Shown one piece after another: positions 48,612-56,130 of a stretch of 64,000 nt of DNA. The notes below the pieces were generated by a model, which saw only the letters and a program-made list of their open reading frames with translations, was not told the origin of the DNA and searched no databases. This stretch comes from Candidatus Microgenomates bacterium (lineage in GTDB: Bacteria; Patescibacteriota; Microgenomatia; UBA8517), in NCBI GenBank assembly GCA_049519355.1, contig JBEKQV010000001.1:64688-128687 (forward strand). The letters are read 5' to 3'. The position numbers and the translations under genes were made by a program. Numbering within the stretch: position 1 is the first letter of the stretch; every line of letters begins with the position of its first letter.

Positions 48612-49948
48612 ACTGTAAAATGGTTCAACGGCGAAAGCTTGCATACTCTGAAATACCATCGCTTTGTCAGATCGAAACGACATATGCGTGCAATCAGAAT
48701 TGCATAGCCTGCTACAACCCGGAACGTACGAAGCTGGGCGATCTCTCAAAAATGGATACCATTGTGGCATCCGTGGCCGAGAGCCAAATACCCCACGTAT
48801 ATCTTATTGGCGGCGAACCAAGCTTGCTCCGCGAAGAACGCCTGAACAAGTATGTAGAGCTTTTAAGCCAACATTCTTCCGTGACAATTGTAACCAACGG
48901 CAGAATCAAGCTCGAAGGTATCTCTCCGAAGCTCGCATGCTTTGGAATACCTATTCATGGCAGCAATGCGGAAACGCACGAACGGTTCACTCAGTCCAAG
49001 GGAGGTTTTCAAAAAACACTGGACACGATTAAGTACTATGTCAGCCAGGGATTTGATGTCAGGTGCATACCTGTTCTTACTGGTTACAACTACAACCAGA
49101 TGTACGACATCATCCGCTTGGCAGTTGATCTCGGAATGGAGTCTGTGTTTGTCGATCGATTCGAAGACGGCGGTCTCGGAGCGCAAAACTTAGCAGTGTT
49201 CCAATCTTTGGAGCCAACGCCTGAGCAGTTTCGGATAGCAGTCGATCAAATCATCGAAGCAAGACACGCCTTTACCAGCTTGGATGGAAAGGTAGGGTTT
49301 GGAACTGCCATTCCGTATTGTCTGGATCAACGCATCATCGAAGAGGGAATCCAAAGCGCATGCGGCGTAGGCACTTCATTTTGTGTCCTATCACCCACGG
49401 GCGAATTCCGAATCTGTAACCAGTCGAAAGTGGTCTACGGAAACGTCCTGGAACAGTCCGTCGAAATGCTCTGGCACAAACGGTCACTAAACGGTTTCCG
49501 GTGTTTGGGATGGGTTACGGAGCCATGTGCGTCTTGCCCGCTGCTCATGGAGTGCGCAGCCGGTTGCAAAGTGGATGTGAACCATTCCGATACGTACTGT
49601 ATAGATTATGCGGTAAGAGGGTTAAAAGGTCCAAGCCAGGAAATTTTGGATAAACTCACTTACCCGGAACCTACGGAAACCTATCCCGAACAGATGCGTC
49701 GGTTCAGAGTCAATAGGTATACCAAAATCACGACGCGTTATAAAACTCCTCTGCTTGTCACCCGTTATCAAACGGTGGAACTCGATGCAATGGCATTGGA
49801 GATGACCCAGGATATCTGCAACGGATTGGCCGTCGATGAACAAAGCCTGATCGGTCAGTTTCAAGAAAAAGTCGAAGTACCGGAAATCCGACGCTTTGTA
49901 AGCAGACTCTTTCAGGTAGACGCGCTTGATCCGAACGGTGAGGTGTAA
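48608..49948 (+). CDS. Radical SAM/SPASM maturase with C-terminal PqqD/RRE-like domain
   Basis: CNQNCIAC, GGEP, TNG; SPASM CGVG...G.FRIC...CASC....C..GC...C; last ~80 aa show a 3-strand/3-helix pattern (ELDAMALEM..DICNG...IRRFVSRL). Confidence 0.9.
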   Translation: MNCKMVQRRKLAYSEIPSLCQIETTYACNQNCIACYNPERTKLGDLSKMDTIVASVAESQIPHVYLIGGEPSLLREERLNKYVELLSQHSSVTIVTNGRIKLEGISPKLACFGIPIHGSNAETHERFTQSKGGFQKTLDTIKYYVSQGFDVRCIPVLTGYNYNQMYDIIRLAVDLGMESVFVDRFEDGGLGAQNLAVFQSLEPTPEQFRIAVDQIIEARHAFTSLDGKVGFGTAIPYCLDQRIIEEGIQSACGVGTSFCVLSPTGEFRICNQSKVVYGNVLEQSVEMLWHKRSLNGFRCLGWVTEPCASCPLLMECAAGCKVDVNHSDTYCIDYAVRGLKGPSQEILDKLTYPEPTETYPEQMRRFRVNRYTKITTRYKTPLLVTRYQTVELDAMALEMTQDICNGLAVDEQSLIGQFQEKVEVPEIRRFVSRLFQVDALDPNGEV

Positions 49949-49949
49949 A

Positions 49950-51422
49950 ATGAGGATTCCCACCGAAATCCATTGGGAGATCACAAACGCCTGCAACCTC
50001 CGATGCAAAACGTGTATTCAGTTATCAGGGGAACCCAGAGCAGATGAGCTCAGCACGGAAACGATCAGGAAGATCATCCGTACATTTGCCCAACGCCGGG
50101 TTTCGAGGATCTGTTACACAGGAGGAGAACCGTTCAGCCGTAAGGATTTCCTGGAAATACTTTCCGCGACGGTTAACGCGGGAATTGCCGCCGAGGTCAT
50201 TACCAATGCAACCTTGCTGACGCCTAAGACGTTAGATATATTGGCGTCATATAGGGTTGCCCTTGGAATAAGCCTCGATGGTTCACGACCGGAAACTAAC
50301 GATCTAATTCGCGGGAAGGGCTCCTTCACAAAAGCGGTCCTTTCAATGAAGCAAGCAACCGCACGCAACATTCCGGTCCACGTCTATGTCACAGTAACAG
50401 AGTCCAACATCCAAGATCTTGAAAACATCGGAGCACTCGCAATTCAGAACGGCTGTTCGGGAATTCACTTCAGCGAAGTGACTTTGGCCGGACGCGCCCT
50501 AACCTCTCCCGAGGTAATCGCGCTAACGCTAAAGAATCACGACCAGCTTCCTGCGCTTTCCAGTCGGATTGCAAAGAAAATCTACAATGAAAAGCTGGAA
50601 CACCTCGATGACGGATGTTGGATTGATTCCGATTCGGCATGGTATGTGAGAAGCGATGGAGAAGTCTTTGCTTGCAGTGAGATCGGATTGAGGCGCCCAA
50701 AATCCTCACTCGGTAATATCCGATCGCTTGCCTCTCAACACACAGGCATCCGCCCGCAGCCAAAGAGTGATTTCCACAATGGTTGCAGCTACTGCGTTTG
50801 GGCAAGCATGCATGTGACTCTCATCACTAACACATGGTCCATTTGTCCGCTCACAAGCTCAGGAGGCCAAATACGGACACTCCAGGAACTTTATAATGAG
50901 CTTGATACTTTTTACCCAGACATGCGGCAGTTTTGCGCGGAATGTAAGGACCCGGACTGCATGGGATATATCTGGGTACTACCAGAGGAGTCGGACACGC
51001 TAGTCGAATCAGGCGTCCCGATCGTGCAAATCAACGACGGTCCGAATTTTATTCACTCCTTTTCAACCGCAGAGGATGGTAATATAAACGTGGAGGCTCG
51101 ATACCCAGTCTGCAAATACGCAGAAGCCCCCTGCCGCAGATGCGGAATATACAAAAAGCGACCAATGGTCTGCAGACTTTGGCCGATAGGACTGGAAACT
51201 CACGACGGGAAGGTGGTACTTGGATTACACCTTGACTGCCTCTTTGTGAGGTATCTGCAGGAACATGGTTTGGTCCCAGGTTTCAAGCGCCGCGCGCTTA
51301 ACCTGATGACCCGGTTATCGCCAGACCTGAAGGAAGCGATTGCTTCGACCTATTTTGCGGTTGACGCGATTGCTAAATTTCCAAATGGCGAAAACCGGTA
51401 CTTAATCCTTCAGGAATTCTAG
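49950..51422 (+). CDS. Radical SAM (SPASM/twitch-like) enzyme fused to YkgJ-like cysteine-cluster domain
   Basis: CNLRCKTC, TGGEP, SLDG; C...DGEVFAC; C-terminal CAEC...C...C..CGIY..RPMVCRLWP; GAGGTG before ATG 49950. Confidence 0.85.
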   Translation: MRIPTEIHWEITNACNLRCKTCIQLSGEPRADELSTETIRKIIRTFAQRRVSRICYTGGEPFSRKDFLEILSATVNAGIAAEVITNATLLTPKTLDILASYRVALGISLDGSRPETNDLIRGKGSFTKAVLSMKQATARNIPVHVYVTVTESNIQDLENIGALAIQNGCSGIHFSEVTLAGRALTSPEVIALTLKNHDQLPALSSRIAKKIYNEKLEHLDDGCWIDSDSAWYVRSDGEVFACSEIGLRRPKSSLGNIRSLASQHTGIRPQPKSDFHNGCSYCVWASMHVTLITNTWSICPLTSSGGQIRTLQELYNELDTFYPDMRQFCAECKDPDCMGYIWVLPEESDTLVESGVPIVQINDGPNFIHSFSTAEDGNINVEARYPVCKYAEAPCRRCGIYKKRPMVCRLWPIGLETHDGKVVLGLHLDCLFVRYLQEHGLVPGFKRRALNLMTRLSPDLKEAIASTYFAVDAIAKFPNGENRYLILQEF

Positions 51423-51441
51423 AGGAAAGGAGGATGCCAAC

Positions 51442-51519
51442 ATGTCCAAGTGCAAAGCTGTGCTTGACAGCAAGAAAATCAAGAAGATCGTGGTCAAGAA
51501 GGCCCCGGCCAAGAAGTAA
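51442..51519 (+). CDS. Putative RiPP precursor peptide, 25 aa, MSKCKAVLDSKKIKKIVVKKAPAKK
   Basis: AAAGGAGG at 51426-51433, 8 nt before ATG; biased codons (AAG/ATC/GCC); between the last rSAM gene and the terminator; absent from ORF track. Confidence 0.8.
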   Translation: MSKCKAVLDSKKIKKIVVKKAPAKK

Positions 51520-51588
51520 GCTCGGCGCATCACACAAAGCTGTGATGTTTCCCTTGCCGATAAGCTAAATTGACCCGGGTCGCGATTG

Positions 51589-51631
51589 GGTAGTACCATT
51601 TTGAACGTAAAATGGTACTACCTTTTTTTTT
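51589..51631 (+). terminator. Intrinsic terminator of the radical SAM operon
   Basis: Perfect 14-bp stem GGTAGTACCATTTT-gaacgt-AAAATGGTACTACC followed by T9. Confidence 0.92.
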
Positions 51632-51712
51632 GGCTAAAATTGTTAATATTAAAATCTTGATCAAGTTTAATCTCCCTACATTACCCATTATTCGTCGCAT
51701 TTTTGAAGCCAA

Positions 51713-51751
51713 GCTGAGCATCATGGTCTGGAACCGTTCGATCCCATAACC
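51713..51751 (+). repeat. Cassette-boundary repeat, copy F
   Basis: 42-nt identity with copy D (44730-44771 vs 51711-51752). Confidence 0.92.
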
Positions 51752-51806
51752 ACTTAAATAGCAGCATACATCTCAAAAATACGAATTTTTGCTATATAAT
51801 ACAGTC

Positions 51807-52442
51807 ATGGAACAGGCAAGTGGGCAGAATCCAATTGATAATCTTGAAGAGTTTCTGACAAAAAGCGGTATAGAATCGACCTCGATGTCTTTTGACATTG
51901 TCTTTAAAGGTCTGAAGTACGACTGGGAAACAAATTTAACAAAAGATAAACCAAAATCATTGGACGAATTTTTAAAAACAACTATATACAATGCCGCGGC
52001 AAAGAGAATCGGTTTGCAAAAACAAGCTGGTACTGATTTGGGACAACACGGATTAGAAATACCAATTTCTCAAGAGGAAGCTCCTGACGCTTTTTATATG
52101 GAGGTTTATCACTGGGAAAATGTCAGAGGCGCGGAAAAACCAGAACCGGTTACTTCAAGAGTTGTAACACTTACCGGTATTCCTCAGCTTGAAAGCGAAA
52201 AATCTTTAGAATATCTAAAACGTCTTTCATCTGAACAAAAAGGAACTTATAGCGAAGAGGAAAAAGAAGGTAAAAAAACTATAAAATTTGAGGCTCCCAT
52301 ACAAGGTATGCCAGATTTTAAGACGGTGGTGAAAATAGAAAGTGTAAAAAACGAAAAAGGATATAACTTAATGGAAATTGCATTAGATGTAAAAATTCCC
52401 TACGAGGCTATTAGTGGCTGGCTAACTACAAAGTCAAACTAA
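51807..52442 (+). CDS. Hypothetical protein
   Basis: TATAAT 6 nt before ATG 51807; no recognisable motif. Confidence 0.7.
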   Translation: MEQASGQNPIDNLEEFLTKSGIESTSMSFDIVFKGLKYDWETNLTKDKPKSLDEFLKTTIYNAAAKRIGLQKQAGTDLGQHGLEIPISQEEAPDAFYMEVYHWENVRGAEKPEPVTSRVVTLTGIPQLESEKSLEYLKRLSSEQKGTYSEEEKEGKKTIKFEAPIQGMPDFKTVVKIESVKNEKGYNLMEIALDVKIPYEAISGWLTTKSN

Positions 52443-52563
52443 GCTTTTCAAGATTATTTCTCCGGACAGCGAGCGTGTGGTACGAATGTTTGAGTTAAAA
52501 AATAGAGGTTTTGAAGGTATTTTCGGGCTAATCTGGGCTTCACGGTCACTGGGGTGCACGTGT

Positions 52564-52637
52564 TGGCTGCGGGACAGGGATTTGAACCCCGATACCAGCC
52601 TCCAGAGGGCCGTGTCCTACCGTTAGACGATCCCGCA
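52564..52637 (-). tRNA. tRNA-Gln(CTG), CCA encoded
   Basis: TGCGGGA...CGGCC-CT-CTG-GA-GGCTG...GGTTCAAATCC...TCCCGCA-G-CCA. Confidence 0.95.
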
Positions 52638-52669
52638 ATGTACAAGGCTATTTTAACACCTGGAAGTAT

Positions 52670-53074
52670 TTATTTCCGAGAAAGAATGAATTTTTGGATC
52701 AAAGGATCAACATCAGACGTAAACTTATTTAACACTTCTTTTGCATCAACCCATTCAATTTCTGCAATTTCGTAAGCCTCACCTATAGCAGCCACCGGGC
52801 TCCCCTTTAGCTTGCAGTCGAAATACACAACCTGAACAAAAGTATTCGGGTGTTTTCTCTCCAAAAGTCTTTTAACAACCTCCACGTCTAAGCACACCTC
52901 TTCTTTTACCTCCCTAACAACAGCCTGCTCTTCGGTCTCTTCCCCCTCAATAATTCCGCCCGGAAACGCCCATTCCACCTTAAAAGAAGGCAACTTCCTC
53001 CGGATCAAAAGGAATTTCCCTTTGTCCGAAATCAAGGCCAAAACAACCTTTTTTGGATGAAAAGTAGGCTCCAT
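52670..53074 (-). CDS. Nudix hydrolase (MutT-like)
   Basis: WAFPGGIIEGEETEEQAVVREVKEE. Confidence 0.9.
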   Translation of the reverse strand: MEPTFHPKKVVLALISDKGKFLLIRRKLPSFKVEWAFPGGIIEGEETEEQAVVREVKEEVCLDVEVVKRLLERKHPNTFVQVVYFDCKLKGSPVAAIGEAYEIAEIEWVDAKEVLNKFTSDVDPLIQKFILSRK

Positions 53075-53101
53075 GGCAATATTTAAGCGTATTATACTAC
53101 T

Positions 53102-53374
53102 ATGTGGTATGTTTACATTCTTTCATGCAGCGACGGAAGTTTTTACACAGGCATCACAAATAACGTTGCCAAAAGATTTAAAGACCACCTTAGTGGCCGT
53201 GGCGCCAAATATACCAAAAGTCACAAACCGGAAAAAGTAGTTTATCGGGAAGAGTTTTCATCCAAATCGGAAGCTTTAAAACGGGAAGCCGAACTCAAAA
53301 AATGGCCAAGGGCCAAAAAAGATGTTTTGATAAGATCAAGATTTTCTACCACCAAAAAGACGCCTATCGAGTAA
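53102..53374 (+). CDS. GIY-YIG nuclease family protein (UPF0213)
   Basis: YVYIL.C.DGSFYTGIT, RF..H..G.GAKYT, ALKRE. Confidence 0.92.
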   Translation: MWYVYILSCSDGSFYTGITNNVAKRFKDHLSGRGAKYTKSHKPEKVVYREEFSSKSEALKREAELKKWPRAKKDVLIRSRFSTTKKTPIE

Positions 53375-54198
53375 AGTGCGCCCATGACCACGTCGATAAA
53401 ATAGTGTTCACCAAGGTATATCACCGCAAACCAAACCCCCAGCATATAAGGCAGAAAAATAATTCCGGCCTTTTTACTCCATTTGTAAAGGTATAAGAAA
53501 ATTATGGTCGGAAATGCTGCGTGAAGAGACGGCATAGCCGCAACAGCGTCTCCGCCAGCCAGAGACAGAATCGACGGCAACGTTATATTAGATTGAAAAA
53601 AATGTGACATGACAACCCCGGTAACTTCCTTTATGGGAGGGATATAACCCAAACCGCTGGCCATCCACGGAGGCATTGCCGGGAAAATAATATAAGTAAC
53701 AAATGCTGCATAGGAAACCCCTAAAATTCCGAAAGTATATTTTTTGAAAAATTTTCTGTCCTTTAGCCAAAAGTAATATCCGACAATCATCGGAGCTACA
53801 AAATGGCAAATATAAAGAATAACGGCAACGTAGTCATACCACATAAGACGGTTGGGATTATAAAGCAAGGCCTGAAGTTGAACTGTCGGGATGAAACCAA
53901 AAATAAATTTATCTATATTAATCATTGGAAAAATATGGGCATGATTACTAATAAAAGGAACAAGTCCCCTTAAAAATTCATATCCCAGATAAAAAAGAAT
54001 AAACGGCACCCAGTCTTTGAGAAAAAGCCAGGCTCTTCCTATAAAAACTGTACCGATTAACCCAAAAACAAAAAACTGATCGGGGGAAAACCAAATCCGA
54101 TGAGAGATCATATAGACACATACAATCAAAATATAAATAAGCGTTACTATCTTTACCGCTCCGAAGCCGCGGATTTTCTTCAAAAGATTTTTAACCAA
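53242..54198 (-). CDS. PAP2/Aur1-like membrane phosphotransferase
   Basis: FPAMPPW, AMPSLHAA, YLGEHYFID. Confidence 0.85.
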   Translation of the reverse strand: MVKNLLKKIRGFGAVKIVTLIYILIVCVYMISHRIWFSPDQFFVFGLIGTVFIGRAWLFLKDWVPFILFYLGYEFLRGLVPFISNHAHIFPMINIDKFIFGFIPTVQLQALLYNPNRLMWYDYVAVILYICHFVAPMIVGYYFWLKDRKFFKKYTFGILGVSYAAFVTYIIFPAMPPWMASGLGYIPPIKEVTGVVMSHFFQSNITLPSILSLAGGDAVAAMPSLHAAFPTIIFLYLYKWSKKAGIIFLPYMLGVWFAVIYLGEHYFIDVVMGALYSIGVFLVVENLDLIKTSFLALGHFLSSASRFKASDLDENSSR

Positions 54199-54279
54199 TT
54201 TAAAAAATTATATTTTTGAAATCTGAAAATTTGATGAAAAGTTTCAATCCGAACTTGATAGTATAATTGTTATAACAAA

Positions 54280-54948
54280 ATGAAAACAGTTAAATATGTA
54301 CTTTTGCCACTAATAATTCTTATCATCGGCTTTGCCGCTGGCTTTACTTTTTTAAAAATGAAAAATGCCGGCAATGTTGTTATCTTAACACCACTGCCTA
54401 TTATTAAAACTTTCCCCTCGCAGGCTTCCTCTTTCTCGCTGGAAAATGCACCAACTGAATCTCTCAGGGGTCAGATAACGGCGATGACTGGTGAGATTGA
54501 TTGGACCGGAAGAACCGCAACCGAAGCCGCAAAAATTTCTTCACCAATTACAATCCAACAAGGCGAAGAATTAACTACGGGCAAGAACAGTAATCTGTCT
54601 CTTGTATTTACAGGTGCCTGCATGGTGAAACTTTCACAAAAGACTGATATCCAAATTATTCAGACATTGCCTGCAAATATTGTTTTTAATCAGGTGGAAG
54701 GAACCGCCGAGTTTATTAAGACAGGGAACAACGCAATTTCTGTAAGGGCGCTAAATCTTTTGACAGAAATTAATGGGGACGTCACTGTTTCAATAAATCC
54801 AGCAAAACCGATTATCACTTTAAGTTTAAAATCTGGACAAGCAACTGTAGCTTATAACGATCTAAAAGATGTCAGTCATGAAGTTGAAATTTCCGCGAGG
54901 CAAACCTATACATTTAATTCTGGTACCCGGCGAGGGGTTCTAAGATAG
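54280..54948 (+). CDS. Membrane-anchored FecR-like beta-domain protein
   Basis: N-terminal TM; GEELTTG..S...L.F....V.L...T. Confidence 0.5.
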   Translation: MKTVKYVLLPLIILIIGFAAGFTFLKMKNAGNVVILTPLPIIKTFPSQASSFSLENAPTESLRGQITAMTGEIDWTGRTATEAAKISSPITIQQGEELTTGKNSNLSLVFTGACMVKLSQKTDIQIIQTLPANIVFNQVEGTAEFIKTGNNAISVRALNLLTEINGDVTVSINPAKPIITLSLKSGQATVAYNDLKDVSHEVEISARQTYTFNSGTRRGVLR

Positions 54949-56080
54949 TTTTTCCTTCATAACCCAGAGCCCAAAGAGCAATCCCCCCCAGAGAATTATC
55001 ATTGGCCAGATTAACCTTAAACTGAGTCGCGTTTTTATCGGGATAAAAAATTTGCTGGTACGTTCCCGTTGCCGTTTTGTAAATAATATGAGATTCCTCA
55101 TCTGTACTATCGAAAACAGCACTACAGGAGGCACAACCGGCTAATAAATCCTCCGCTCTTTGGTTGCTTATAATCAAACTTGTTCCAGGAATTACAGCCG
55201 AACGCGGAACATCCCCGATTGTTTCCCATTCATACCCGTATAAAGGAATCCCCAAAATAATCTCCTGGGACGGCATCATTTTTAAAGCGGCTTCTACCGC
55301 AGTTTGAGTATCAAACTCCGAAATAGTACCTGCCCCGAGACCCGGAGCGACGGGACCGGTTACAAACGAAACAGAACTATGATAATCATAAGCCATAAGA
55401 ATAATTTTATCGGCAATGGGAGCAAGAGCCACAGGATCGGCCAAATTCGTATCTTTAACAAAGGAAATCGCACTTATATCAACACTTAACGTTCCAGCTT
55501 TTGCATTAACCAGGTTTGCTTTAATATCTTTCACAAATTCCGTAAAACTCAATCTTGCCGCAGGTGAGGCATCCTGAGTTTGTTCAACATCCAGGTTTAA
55601 ATCAGTAAAACCATACTGCCTCATTATCGGAATAATATCTTGGGTTAGATTATTGGCGGATATAGCGGGGTCTTTCAGCATTTCACTAATATCACCATCG
55701 TTTCCACTAAAGGCGGTTATTGAAAGATCTTCGCCTTTCGCTTTGGCGGAATCTAAAAAAGGATCAATTTTCCCTTGCTGAAGTGCAAGATACCCAGGTT
55801 CACTCTCGCCCGGCCCGGTATATTTTTGAATAGTTCCGTCTTTGTCTACTGTTAAACTAAAATAGGTTAGATTCGTAACATACTTTGAATAATCCGTTTG
55901 GGCTTTATCGGTAAGCCAATACGGCAAAAACCCTAAGACTTCTTTTTGAGGAATAATAATATCGGCAATAGGTATATTTTTCTTTAAGGTTCTTGGAAGA
56001 AAATATTTGTAAACCAAAAGAAACGCAACCAGGATTGCCACCAATACTGTCACTAAAGCCAAAACACTCTTCCTGGACAT
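54914..56080 (-). CDS. GH18 glycoside hydrolase
   Basis: GFTDLNLDVE, MAYDYH, LGIPLYGYEW, GIALWALGYE. Confidence 0.88.
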   Translation of the reverse strand: MSRKSVLALVTVLVAILVAFLLVYKYFLPRTLKKNIPIADIIIPQKEVLGFLPYWLTDKAQTDYSKYVTNLTYFSLTVDKDGTIQKYTGPGESEPGYLALQQGKIDPFLDSAKAKGEDLSITAFSGNDGDISEMLKDPAISANNLTQDIIPIMRQYGFTDLNLDVEQTQDASPAARLSFTEFVKDIKANLVNAKAGTLSVDISAISFVKDTNLADPVALAPIADKIILMAYDYHSSVSFVTGPVAPGLGAGTISEFDTQTAVEAALKMMPSQEIILGIPLYGYEWETIGDVPRSAVIPGTSLIISNQRAEDLLAGCASCSAVFDSTDEESHIIYKTATGTYQQIFYPDKNATQFKVNLANDNSLGGIALWALGYEGKTILEPLAGYQN

Positions 56081-56130
56081 ACTGCAATTATATAATGAAA
56101 AAGGACAAGACAACTTTGATATAATTTAGT

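Larger units (their letters stand above)
41601..52563. mobile_element. Putative tRNA-Gln-anchored genomic island with repeat-delimited cassettes
   Basis: Lies 3' of tRNA-Gln; heterogeneous accessory genes and base composition; 6-7 direct repeats; no integrase seen; left boundary uncertain. Confidence 0.6.

Noticed and set aside
51434-51568. Alternative 44-aa ORF MPTCPSAKLC... as the precursor
   Set aside because: Its ATG abuts the GGAGG with zero spacing and it runs through the downstream hairpin; the 51442 frame has ideal SD spacing and codon bias. It is not fully excluded.
41601-51751. The repeats as a CRISPR array
   Set aside because: Spacing is 0.5-6 kb with whole genes in between, the copies are divergent, and no cas genes are present.
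52454-52775. ORFs overlapping tRNA-Gln (and 32458-32709 over tRNA-Glu), including a possible recombinase C-terminal relic
   Set aside because: These are shadow frames of tRNA genes with no recombinase motifs.
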